Of a stretch of DNA of 58,441 bases, positions 50,359 to 58,441 are shown piece after piece. The stretch comes from a virus. Lineage: Duplodnaviria > Heunggongvirae > Uroviricota > Caudoviricetes. Each line of letters begins with the position of its first letter. Position 1 is the stretch's first letter. Position numbers and translations under genes: made by a program. A model generated the notes under the pieces. The model was not told the DNA's origin. It did not search any database and saw nothing but the letters and a program-made list of their open reading frames with translations. The stretch is taken from positions 110,471 to 168,911 of the IMG/VR virus record IMGVR_UViG_3300017917_002605; one strand, given 5' to 3'.

Positions 50359-50364
50359 TAAATA
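50357..50364 (+). promoter_or_regulatory. Late promoter (AATAAATA)
   Basis: Upstream of gp19 (SD AGGAG). Confidence 0.6.
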
Positions 50365-50381
50365 GAAAATAGGAGAACAAA

Positions 50382-50927
50382 ATGGCCTTTACAGTAAATG
50401 AATTTCGCTCACAGATGACAGGGGACGGTGCCCGTCCTAACCTGTTTGAAGTGTCTATGCCATTCCCTGGATTCTCAGCTCCAGGAAATGCACAAAGCAA
50501 ACTTACCTTCATGTGTAAGACCGCACAGTTGCCAGGTGCAACTATCGGTGTTGTACCTGTACAATACTTCGGTCGTGAATTGAAGTTTGCTGGTAACCGT
50601 ACCTTCCAAGACTGGACAATCACCATCATTAACGATGAAGATTTCTCAGTACGTAACGCTTTCGAGCGTTGGATGGTCGGTATTAATTCCCACGTTGCAA
50701 ACGTTCGTAACCCAGCAGCATTGACTCCTGGTAGTTACGTAACTGATGCTACAGTAAGACAATACGGTAAAACCGGTAACGTAATTAAATCTTACAAGTT
50801 CGTTGGTTTATTCCCTACTGACATTGCACCAATCGATGTTGACTGGGGTTCTAACGATACTATTGAAGAATTTACCGTTACATTGTCCTACCAGTGGTGG
50901 GAAGACGCTACAAATAACGTGGTATAA
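50382..50927 (+). CDS. gp19: Tail tube protein gp19
   Basis: GARPNLFEV, CKTAQLPG, GRELKFAGNRTF.DWTITI.NDEDF, IEEFTVTLSYQWW. Confidence 0.97.
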   Translation: MAFTVNEFRSQMTGDGARPNLFEVSMPFPGFSAPGNAQSKLTFMCKTAQLPGATIGVVPVQYFGRELKFAGNRTFQDWTITIINDEDFSVRNAFERWMVGINSHVANVRNPAALTPGSYVTDATVRQYGKTGNVIKSYKFVGLFPTDIAPIDVDWGSNDTIEEFTVTLSYQWWEDATNNVV

Positions 50928-50933
50928 GTATAG

Positions 50934-50955
50934 AGGGGAGAGTAATCTCCCCTTT
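50934..50955 (+). terminator. Stem-loop after gp19 (AGGGGAGA-GTAA-TCTCCCCT, GNRA loop)
   Basis: 8-bp stem followed by a short, interrupted T-tract; terminator or mRNA-stabilising hairpin. Confidence 0.65.
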
Positions 50956-50981
50956 ATAACTTTTCAATTTAGGATGGATTG

Positions 50982-52631
50982 ATGGCGATAAAACTTTTCG
51001 GCTTTACTTTAGGTAAACAAGATATTGTTCAGGTACAATCACCTGAGCAACCTTCTTTCACGTTACCAACAGAAGCCCTTGATGATGGTGCAGTCACCAT
51101 CACGCAAAATGCCCATTACGGAACATACGTAGATTTAGAAGGCTCAGTTCGCAATGAACTAGAGCTTATTACTCGTTACCGTGAAATGGCGAATCACCCT
51201 GAGTGTGAGAATGCTATTACAGAAATTGTTGATGAAGCAATCACACATGATGATGACGGTACAGTTGTCGATATCGTATTAGACAAACTGAAACAACCCG
51301 ATACAATTAAAAAGAAAATCAAAGAAGAATATGATAACATTCTTCGCATGATGAATTTTAACAACCTTGCTGATGATATCTTCAAGCGTTGGTACATTGA
51401 CGGCAGAATTTACTATCATGTTGTTGTCAATGAGAAGAATCCCAAAGAGGGCATTCAAGAATTACGTTACGTTGACCCAAGAAAAATCCGTAAAGTCCGT
51501 GAAATCAAAAAGGACAGAGACCCAAAAACTGGTGCGGATATTATCAAGTCTATCGCTGAATATTACATGTACAGCGACCGTGGTCAAACAACACAAGGTT
51601 ATACGGCGTCAGTTAATTCTGGTTTAAGAATTGCACCAGAAGCCATTATTAACGTTAACTCAGGTTTAATGGATGCAAAGAATACCTTTGTTATCTCTTA
51701 CCTGCATAAAGCAATCAAACCCCTTAATCAGTTACGTATGATTGAGGACGCTATTGTTATCTATCGACTATCACGTGCTCCTGAACGCCGTATATTCTAT
51801 ATTGACGTAGGTAACTTGCCTAAAGGTAAGGCAGAACAATATCTGCGTGACATTATGATTAAGTATCGTAACAAGATGGTTTACGATGCCAATACTGGTG
51901 AACTGCGTGATGACCGTAAACACATGTCTATGTTGGAAGACTTCTGGTTGCCTCGTCGTGAAGGTGGTAAAGGTACAGAAATCACAACGTTGCCTGCTGG
52001 TCAGAACCTAGGTGAACTGGAAGACGTTAAGTATTTCCAAAAGAAACTGTATCAATCTTTGTCTGTTCCATATTCACGTTTGGAACCACAAGGAGGCGGC
52101 CTGGTTGGTCTAGGTAGAACAACTGAGGTCACACGTGATGAACTTAAATTTGATAAGTTTATCAATCGAATCCGTAATAAATTCTCTCAAGTATTCGACC
52201 ATGCACTGAAGATTCAATTGGTTCTCAAGGGTATTTGTACCCAAGAAGAATGGGAAGAATTCCGTGAATTTATCTATTACGACTTCAAGAAAGACAACAA
52301 TTTTGCCGAATTGAAACAAACAGAGTTGTTGATGAATAGATTACAGACCGTTGCTCAAGTTGACCCATTTGTTGGTCGTTACTTCTCACAAGAGTGGGTA
52401 AAACGCAACGTGTTAAAACTGACCGATGAAGAAATTGAACAAATGGACGAACAAATTGAAAAAGAAGGTCCAGTTGTTCCTGTTGGTCAAGAACCACCCC
52501 CACAACCAGAAGCTGATGCTGAACAATATCCTCCAGAAGATAACGTATCTGATGAAGAAGGTTCTGAGACACAAACTCCAGAACTTGATGCCGAGGTAAA
52601 TAAATACAGCACACTACTAAATAAAAAATAA
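50982..52631 (+). CDS. gp20: Portal protein gp20
   Basis: KLFGF, YREMA.HPE, RWYIDGR, LRMIEDAIVIYRLSRAPERR.FYIDVGNLPK.KAEQY, EDFWLPRREGGKGTEITTLP. Confidence 0.97.
   Translation: MAIKLFGFTLGKQDIVQVQSPEQPSFTLPTEALDDGAVTITQNAHYGTYVDLEGSVRNELELITRYREMANHPECENAITEIVDEAITHDDDGTVVDIVLDKLKQPDTIKKKIKEEYDNILRMMNFNNLADDIFKRWYIDGRIYYHVVVNEKNPKEGIQELRYVDPRKIRKVREIKKDRDPKTGADIIKSIAEYYMYSDRGQTTQGYTASVNSGLRIAPEAIINVNSGLMDAKNTFVISYLHKAIKPLNQLRMIEDAIVIYRLSRAPERRIFYIDVGNLPKGKAEQYLRDIMIKYRNKMVYDANTGELRDDRKHMSMLEDFWLPRREGGKGTEITTLPAGQNLGELEDVKYFQKKLYQSLSVPYSRLEPQGGGLVGLGRTTEVTRDELKFDKFINRIRNKFSQVFDHALKIQLVLKGICTQEEWEEFREFIYYDFKKDNNFAELKQTELLMNRLQTVAQVDPFVGRYFSQEWVKRNVLKLTDEEIEQMDEQIEKEGPVVPVGQEPPPQPEADAEQYPPEDNVSDEEGSETQTPELDAEVNKYSTLLNKK
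52616..52623 (+). promoter_or_regulatory. Late promoter (ACTAAATA)
   Basis: Upstream of the prohead core genes. Confidence 0.55.
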
Positions 52632-52640
52632 GGAGTTATT

Positions 52641-52823
52641 ATGACAGACCAAGTAAGACAATTTATTGACTTAGTTGCAGCTGGTGAAAATGCACAAGCT
52701 AAAGAAGCTATTTCTGAACTTCTATCTGCACGTGCTTTTGAAACATTAGAGGCCAAAAAACAAGAAATGGCATCTACACTTTTTAACGGCAAACCAGCCG
52801 AGGAACAAGTTACAGAAGAATGA
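52641..52823 (+). CDS. Prohead core protein (gp67-like)
   Basis: 60 aa acidic helical protein immediately after the portal, SD AGGAG; synteny. Confidence 0.6.
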   Translation: MTDQVRQFIDLVAAGENAQAKEAISELLSARAFETLEAKKQEMASTLFNGKPAEEQVTEE

Positions 52824-53545
52824 AGTCTTTACAAGATTTTAAATCGACCACAATATCAGAGGCTGAAGAAAAAGACCGCCGCCAGTTTGATATGCTGGTA
52901 CGTGCTGGTCTTGCCAATAAGGCACAGTTGCAACGCATTCACAAAATCTTAGATAAGATGGGTGAAGAACGTCCTGTTTTCAATAATGCCGATAGAATGA
53001 TTCTGCAAAACCTTTTTAATAAAATGGTTGATTTGATTTCTAATCATCCTCAGATTACCACCAAAGTTAGACAAGTGGTACGTGAAGATGAAGAATTTGA
53101 AAATGAAATTCTTGCCGAAGAACCAGAACAATTAGATGAAGTTACATCTTTACCTTCTGACCCGCCTGCTGTTCTTGTTTTAAAACGTAAAGCAATTAGA
53201 TTGTATCCTAATGGTATGAGAATTGCTTTATATCATAACGACAGATTAAATAAAATTTTTAGTGTACCTTATGGAACTTCAGAATCTTCTCCTATCCAAG
53301 CAGAAGAAACTATACATGAATCCGTAATGGACCACCTACATAAAATTGTTGCCGAAAAACAAGCACGTTCAGTTAAGTTTGCCAATGGACAAACACGCAA
53401 AGTGGATGGTTATACCGCATCCGCCATCGTTCAAGTGCATAAAGCACTAAACGATGAGAATAAGAAAAAGATTGCAGATATGGTACACAAATCTCCAGAA
53501 CACTTTGAAAAAGTGGCAAAATTTGCTTTCAGTAAAGTAAAATGA
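52820..53545 (+). CDS. Hypothetical, probable internal head/core protein (241 aa)
   Basis: Within the head operon; several (I/L)xE putative gp21 cleavage sites. Confidence 0.55.
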   Translation: MKSLQDFKSTTISEAEEKDRRQFDMLVRAGLANKAQLQRIHKILDKMGEERPVFNNADRMILQNLFNKMVDLISNHPQITTKVRQVVREDEEFENEILAEEPEQLDEVTSLPSDPPAVLVLKRKAIRLYPNGMRIALYHNDRLNKIFSVPYGTSESSPIQAEETIHESVMDHLHKIVAEKQARSVKFANGQTRKVDGYTASAIVQVHKALNDENKKKIADMVHKSPEHFEKVAKFAFSKVK

Positions 53546-53982
53546 ATTTAATTAATTTAATAGCTGAAGGTAGATTGGTTGAAGCAAAAGAGTTAATCTA
53601 TGCTCAATTAAATCAAATTGCTGGACAAAAATTTGAACAACTAAAACCTATTGTGGCAGAATCACAATATGAAGAAGTTGAGGTGTTGGACGAAGCAAAA
53701 GGTGGTAACGTTGTAAAAATGGGTAGAGTGCAGAAAATTCGCCGCAGAATTCGCCGAAATAAAAAAGGCAAAATCATAGTACAACGAAATGTTCGCCGCT
53801 CTGCTATTAAAGGTTATAGATTATCTGGCAGCAAAGTAGTAAGAATTTCTGCCCAAGAACGAATAAACAAAACAAGAAAACTCAAAAGGTATTGGAAGAC
53901 TAAGGGTAGAGCAAGACTTACCCGCACGTTGATGAAACGTAGAATGTCTATGCAACGCCGTAAAGGAATGGGAATAAAATAA
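53542..53982 (+). CDS. Prohead core protein (gp68-like), very basic C-terminal part
   Basis: Acidic N-terminus, LDE|A, then Arg/Lys-rich (KIRRRIRR, KRRMSMQRRKGMG). Confidence 0.65.
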   Translation: MNLINLIAEGRLVEAKELIYAQLNQIAGQKFEQLKPIVAESQYEEVEVLDEAKGGNVVKMGRVQKIRRRIRRNKKGKIIVQRNVRRSAIKGYRLSGSKVVRISAQERINKTRKLKRYWKTKGRARLTRTLMKRRMSMQRRKGMGIK

Positions 53983-53983
53983 C

Positions 53984-54337
53984 ATGTCATACGAAGTCGT
54001 AAAATCTCTAAGAGGTTCTACCATCATCCGTGCTGAGGGTGCTGGTACATATACCATCACGCTTGCGGATATGTCCACCAATACCTCTATCGAAACAGTT
54101 ACATCAGCATCATTAAAAAGATTGAATTGGACAACAAACGGTTCAATCACTATTGCTAGAAACGGCACAACTGTGTTGTCTCTTTTTGGTAACGGTGAAA
54201 TGCGTTTGGATGAATATGGTGCTGCATTAGGCAATACTGCAACAGGCAACGTTGTTGTTACTATTGCATCAGGTGGTTCTATTGTTATGGATGTGTCCAA
54301 AGTAGCAACATATTCACAAGACTTAGGTAGAATCTAA
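53984..54337 (+). CDS. Hypothetical protein (117 aa)
   Basis: Beta-rich ORF coupled to gp21 by TAATG. Confidence 0.6.
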   Translation: MSYEVVKSLRGSTIIRAEGAGTYTITLADMSTNTSIETVTSASLKRLNWTTNGSITIARNGTTVLSLFGNGEMRLDEYGAALGNTATGNVVVTIASGGSIVMDVSKVATYSQDLGRI

Positions 54338-54987
54338 TGAAATTAATCACAGAAACCGTTGAAGAAGTCAAGTATTTGACTGAAGCAACCGAATCAGGTA
54401 AAAAGAGTTTATTCATCGAAGGTCCATTTTTGGTAGCGGAAGAACCTAACCGTAATCGCCGCATGTACAGACTTGAACCTTTGAAAGAAGAAGTCGAACG
54501 TTACTCAAGAGAATACATTGAAACAAATCGTGCTCTTGGTGAACTAGGACATCCAGATACCCCATCAATTAATCTAGAACGTGTATCACACAAGATTGTT
54601 TCTTTGAGACAAGAAGGTAACCGTTTTATTGGTAAGGCTCAAATTCTTGACACACCTTACGGTAATATTGTAAAGAGTTTTATTGAATCAGGTGTCAATC
54701 TAGGTGTTTCATCTAGAGGCATGGGTTCTTTAACTCAGGGTGAAGGCGGCATTAATATTGTTCAGGATGATTTCCGTCTTGCAACAGCCGCCGATATTGT
54801 TGCTGACCCATCAGCGCCAGGTGCTTTTGTAAATGGCATCATGGAGAATAAAGAATGGGTATTTGTTGAAGGTCGATACGTAGAGGTCGATATTGATAAA
54901 GCTAAACAACAAATCCGTCGAGCATCATCAAAACAACTTGAGGAAGTTGCGATTAAATTATTCAGTAATTTCCTCTCAAAACTTTAA
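54337..54987 (+). CDS. gp21: Prohead protease gp21
   Basis: ALGELGHP, NLERVSHKI, GVSSRGMGS, ADIVADPSAPGAFV. Confidence 0.96.
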   Translation: MKLITETVEEVKYLTEATESGKKSLFIEGPFLVAEEPNRNRRMYRLEPLKEEVERYSREYIETNRALGELGHPDTPSINLERVSHKIVSLRQEGNRFIGKAQILDTPYGNIVKSFIESGVNLGVSSRGMGSLTQGEGGINIVQDDFRLATAADIVADPSAPGAFVNGIMENKEWVFVEGRYVEVDIDKAKQQIRRASSKQLEEVAIKLFSNFLSKL

Positions 54988-54990
54988 TTT

Positions 54991-54998
54991 ACTAAATA
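54991..54998 (+). promoter_or_regulatory. Late promoter (ACTAAATA)
   Basis: Upstream of gp22 (SD AAGGAG). Confidence 0.65.
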
Positions 54999-55022
54999 AG
55001 CAATCATTAAAGGAGAACCCTA

Positions 55023-56012
55023 ATGGCACAAAACAAATTATTTGAAGCAGCAGCTGAAATTCTTGCAGGCAGCAAGAAGTCCGCTGGTGCTGACCCAATG
55101 CCTAAGGCGGATGAAACACCAGTAGATTTGGGCGGACCTACTCCAACAAATAGTAAGCCTGATGACGATTCTAACAAAATCGATACTACTAAAGCCGCTA
55201 AGAGCGCCACTGCCCCAACAACAAAACCTTCCGATGCGTCACCTGACACACAAAATCACCCACAGGGTGGTCAGAAGACCATGAAGGAAGATATCGATGC
55301 ATTGTTCGCTGATGACAGCACAATCTCTGAAGAATTCAAGGGTAAAGTTGCTACAATTTTTGAAGCACGTGTTACCGACCGAGTTCAGCAGATTGAAGAA
55401 GAAACCGAAGCTCGTTACGCTTCTATGCTTGAAGAAGCAGTTGAATCAGTTAAAACTGATTTGACCGAGAAAGTAAACGACTATCTTTCTTATGTTGTAG
55501 AACAATGGATTGCCGACAATGAAATCGCTATCGAGTCCGGCCTACGTGCTGAGTTGACCGAAGAATTCATTGCTGGCCTACGTAACCTATTTGCAGAACA
55601 CTACATTGATGTTCCTGCCGAAAAGGTCGACTTGGTTGAAGAACTAGCTACTAAGGTAGAAGATTTGGAAAACCAGTTGAACGAAGAAATCGAACGTGGT
55701 ATTGAAACCAAGAAAGCCTTGGTAGAATCCCGTAAGGTTGAAATTACTCGCACAGTATGTGAAGGTTTGACCGAAACTCAAGTTGAAAAAATCAAGTCAC
55801 TTGCAGAGAGTGTTGATTTCTCCACAGAGGATGAATACAAAGAAAAACTTGAGACCATTCGTGAAAACTACTTCCCTTCTACTGCCAAAAAGGCATCAGA
55901 AGAACAACTACATGAGCAAGTAGAAGACGGCACTGAAGGTCAAAAGACCGTAGTTGCTGACCCATTTGTTGCGTCAGTAATGCAAGCTATTACCAAAACC
56001 AAACCAATCTAA
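55023..56012 (+). CDS. gp22: Prohead scaffold gp22
   Basis: SEEFKGKVATIFEA, YLSYVVEQW..NE.AIE.G...E.TEEF..GL..LF.EHY. Confidence 0.93.
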   Translation: MAQNKLFEAAAEILAGSKKSAGADPMPKADETPVDLGGPTPTNSKPDDDSNKIDTTKAAKSATAPTTKPSDASPDTQNHPQGGQKTMKEDIDALFADDSTISEEFKGKVATIFEARVTDRVQQIEEETEARYASMLEEAVESVKTDLTEKVNDYLSYVVEQWIADNEIAIESGLRAELTEEFIAGLRNLFAEHYIDVPAEKVDLVEELATKVEDLENQLNEEIERGIETKKALVESRKVEITRTVCEGLTETQVEKIKSLAESVDFSTEDEYKEKLETIRENYFPSTAKKASEEQLHEQVEDGTEGQKTVVADPFVASVMQAITKTKPI

Positions 56013-56032
56013 TCGATTAGGAGATTAAAAAC

Positions 56033-57364
56033 ATGTATTTAACCGAAGAAATTCAAAAAACCTGGGCACCGGTTCTTGACCACCCAGACCTTCCTGCAAT
56101 CGCTGACCCTTATCGTAAGGCCGTTACAGCAATGGTATTGGAAAATACCAAGCAGGCTATGATTAAAGAAGGTCAAATCATCGCTGAAGCATCCCCAACC
56201 AACTCTGCTGGTACTGGTGGTTTCTCTGGTGGTGCAACCGCTACTGGTCCAGTTGCTGGTTTCGACCCAATTCTTATCTCTCTAGTTCGCCGTTCATTGC
56301 CTAACCTAATCGCATACGACATTTGCGGTGTTCAGCCAATGACTGGTCCTACTGGTCTTATCTTCGCAATGCGTACCAAGTACGGTACTCAAGCTGGTGA
56401 CGAAGCATTCTACAACGAAGCAAACACTGTACACGCTGGTGCTGCTGGTGGTTCTCAAGCCGCTCTAGCAATCGGTTCTGCTGCAGCTAATACTTTCGTT
56501 GCTAACGCTCAAGCTGGTGGTGCTATGACTACTGCTGCTGCAGAAGCTCTAGGTACTTCTGGTTCTCCAGCATTCAACGAAATGGCCTTCTCTATCGAAA
56601 AGGTTACCGTTACTGCTAACACACGTGCATTGAAGGCAGAATACTCTATGGAATTGGCACAAGACTTGAAAGCAGTTCATGGTCTTGACGCTGAAACCGA
56701 ATTGGCAAACATTTTGTCTGCTGAAATTCTTGCTGAAATCAACCGTGAAGTTGTTCGTACTATCTACCGTGTTGCTAAGACCGGTGCTCAAATCGGTACT
56801 ACAACCGCTGGTACTTTCGACCTAGACACCGACTCTAACGGTCGTTGGATGGTTGAAAAAGTTAAGGGTCTTGCTTTCCAAATCGAACGTGAAGCAAACG
56901 CTATTGCCAAGACCACCCGTCGTGGTAAGGGTAACATTATGATTGTGTCTTCTGACGTAGCTTCTGCTCTTGCAATGGCTGGTCTTCTAGACTATCAATC
57001 TGCCCTAAACTCTCAAGTTAACCTAACCGTTGACGATACTGGTAACACCTTTGCTGGTACTCTATTCGGTCGTATCAAGGTTTACATTGACCCATACTTC
57101 CCAGTTGGTCAAACTTCTGAGTTTGCTGTTGTTGGTTACAAGGGTACCAACGCTTATGACGCTGGTATGTTCTACTGCCCATACGTTCCTCTACAAATGG
57201 TTCGTGCAGTTGACACTGGTTCCTTCCAGCCAAAGATTGGCTTCAAGACTCGTTACGGTCTAGTTGCTAACCCATTCGCTGAAGGTACTAACCAAGGTTC
57301 TGGTGCTCTAAACGCACAAACCAACAACTACTATCGTGCATTCAAGATTGCTAACCTAATGTAA
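56033..57364 (+). CDS. gp23: Major capsid protein gp23
   Basis: FDPILISLVRRSLPNLIAYDICGVQPMTGPTGLIFAMR, RALKAEYSMELAQDLKAVHGLDAE, QPKIGFKTRYG. Confidence 0.98.
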   Translation: MYLTEEIQKTWAPVLDHPDLPAIADPYRKAVTAMVLENTKQAMIKEGQIIAEASPTNSAGTGGFSGGATATGPVAGFDPILISLVRRSLPNLIAYDICGVQPMTGPTGLIFAMRTKYGTQAGDEAFYNEANTVHAGAAGGSQAALAIGSAAANTFVANAQAGGAMTTAAAEALGTSGSPAFNEMAFSIEKVTVTANTRALKAEYSMELAQDLKAVHGLDAETELANILSAEILAEINREVVRTIYRVAKTGAQIGTTTAGTFDLDTDSNGRWMVEKVKGLAFQIEREANAIAKTTRRGKGNIMIVSSDVASALAMAGLLDYQSALNSQVNLTVDDTGNTFAGTLFGRIKVYIDPYFPVGQTSEFAVVGYKGTNAYDAGMFYCPYVPLQMVRAVDTGSFQPKIGFKTRYGLVANPFAEGTNQGSGALNAQTNNYYRAFKIANLM

Positions 57365-57392
57365 TCAAGAAATCACCGTAGAGTGATAACTT

Positions 57393-57421
57393 AAAGAGAC
57401 TCCTTCGGGAGTCTCTTTTTT
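57393..57421 (+). terminator. Rho-independent terminator with C(UUCG)G tetraloop
   Basis: AAAGAGACTCC-TTCG-GGAGTCTCTTT + T run; typical T4-like terminator after gp23. Confidence 0.92.
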
Positions 57422-57428
57422 ATTGGAG

Positions 57429-57436
57429 CATAAATA
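57429..57436 (+). promoter_or_regulatory. Late promoter (CATAAATA)
   Basis: Upstream of gp3. Confidence 0.6.
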
Positions 57437-57444
57437 ATACCACT

Positions 57445-57975
57445 ATGACTGTACTAGAACGCACACCAAAAAACGTCAATTTTCTGCAACCGAATAAGTT
57501 TCAGTTGAACTTTTCTCGTTTGCCGAATATGCAGTACTTTTGCCAGTCAGTAAATATACCTGGTGTATCTTTGGCAGAAGTGCCACGTAACACACCATTT
57601 GTTGATATCTACTCGCCTGGTGAAAAACTAATCTATGAAATCCTGAACGTCACATTCATTGTTGATGAACATCTACAATCATGGATTGAACTACATGATT
57701 GGATGCGAGCAATGACATTCCCTACCGAGTTTGAAGAATACAAAGACTTATCAAAGTTGTCTAAGTTTTCAAACAAGGCAATGCCACAATTCTCTGACGG
57801 ACAACTAACTGTACTTTCCAATCAAAACACACCAACATTCCGATTCAAGTTTGTTGATTGTTTCCCTATTTCAATTTCGTCAATCGTATTTTCATCTACC
57901 GATTCCCCAGAAACGGTAATGACGGCAGACGCATCTTTCAGATTTTCCTATTACGATATTGACAAAGTAATTTGA
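57445..57975 (+). CDS. gp3: Tail tube terminator/completion protein gp3
   Basis: NFLQPNKF, YFCQSVNIPG, FIVDE.L..W.E...W, F.F.DCFPISIS; gp23-gp3-uvsY order. Confidence 0.85.
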   Translation: MTVLERTPKNVNFLQPNKFQLNFSRLPNMQYFCQSVNIPGVSLAEVPRNTPFVDIYSPGEKLIYEILNVTFIVDEHLQSWIELHDWMRAMTFPTEFEEYKDLSKLSKFSNKAMPQFSDGQLTVLSNQNTPTFRFKFVDCFPISISSIVFSSTDSPETVMTADASFRFSYYDIDKVI

Positions 57976-57987
57976 TTGTGATAAACT
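57959..57987 (+). promoter_or_regulatory. Host sigma70-type promoter upstream of uvsY
   Basis: TTGACA (57959-64), 17-bp spacer, extended -10 TGa-TAAACT (57979-87); SD AAGGAGG at 57993-57999. Confidence 0.7.
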
Positions 57988-58006
57988 CCTATAAGGAGGT
58001 TTTGTA

Positions 58007-58441
58007 ATGACTAAACTTGATGAACTTTTAGAAATGTGGCGTAAAGACGCCGATATTGACCGTACCGAACCAGGTAAGGCACTGCTTGATATTCCCAAAC
58101 TTCACAGCAAGTATTTGAATATTTTGTCAAATCACAGACTGCTTTCAAAACAGGCAGAATTCAAATTCAATCAGATGAAGAAGGTAAAATGGGAATACTA
58201 CACAGGTAAATTAGATGATGATGAATTGAAGAAACGTGGTTGGGAACCATTTCCATTTGTGCTCAAATCCGACATTACTACATATCTTGATAGTGATGAG
58301 GATTTAAATCGCTTTCTTGCACAGAAAGTAATGCATGATGAAATCGTTGATGTATGTCAGAGCATTCTTAAAGAATTGAATTCTCGCACTTTCCAATTAC
58401 GTGACTTTATAGCATGGGAAAGATTCATTCAAGGTGTCTGA
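58007..58441 (+). CDS. uvsY: Recombination mediator UvsY
   Basis: WRKDADID, IPKLHSKYL, KWEYYTGK, ELNSRTFQLRDFIAWERFIQG. Confidence 0.93.
   Translation: MTKLDELLEMWRKDADIDRTEPGKALLDIPKLHSKYLNILSNHRLLSKQAEFKFNQMKKVKWEYYTGKLDDDELKKRGWEPFPFVLKSDITTYLDSDEDLNRFLAQKVMHDEIVDVCQSILKELNSRTFQLRDFIAWERFIQGV

Noticed and set aside
46770-57364. Introns, inteins or homing endonucleases in gp17, gp18, gp20 or gp23
   Set aside because: ORFs are uninterrupted and of ordinary length; no intein or LAGLIDADG/GIY-YIG/HNH motifs seen. gp4 is the normal head-completion nuclease.
57372-57387. Small hairpin ATCAC-cgtaga-GTGAT between the gp23 stop and the terminator
   Set aside because: A 5-bp stem is expected by chance; no evidence of function.
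1-58441. tRNA, rRNA or other structured RNA genes
   Set aside because: Intergenic gaps are too short (mostly under 80 bp) and no cloverleaf was seen.

Overview
The window is the virion-morphogenesis region of a large T4-like myovirus. Gene order and the relaxed late promoter resemble the cyanophage/pelagiphage-type branch; the host cannot be determined. 1-8096 is on the minus strand: gp4, gp2, gp54-like, gp26/gp51, and two paralogous tape-measure/gp29-like genes. The left-hand one is missing from the ORF track, runs off the window edge, and carries both a T4-type lysozyme and an M15 zinc-peptidase domain. 8128-58441 is on the plus strand: baseplate (gp48, gp53, hub, gp5, PAAR, gp25, gp6, gp7, gp8, VrlC/DUF4815-like), an ~11 kb receptor-binding cassette array, fibres, neck gp13-15, terminase gp16/gp17 with a Dps gene between them, gp18-gp23, gp3 and uvsY. 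Main observations: (1) nine tip-protein + cognate-chaperone cassettes in three families, organised into four late-promoter blocks with shared adaptor and terminal motifs; six of the chaperone genes are below the ORF-track cutoff; (2) a T TTT TTC -1 slippery site joining gp26 to gp51 directly upstream of the tape-measure genes, in a lambda G/GT-like layout; (3) a dual-hydrolase tape-measure paralogue paired with a gp5 that lacks lysozyme; (4) recurrent terminal peptide motifs that may form a docking code for fibre assembly. Family assignments are from motif recognition and synteny only; no searches were run.
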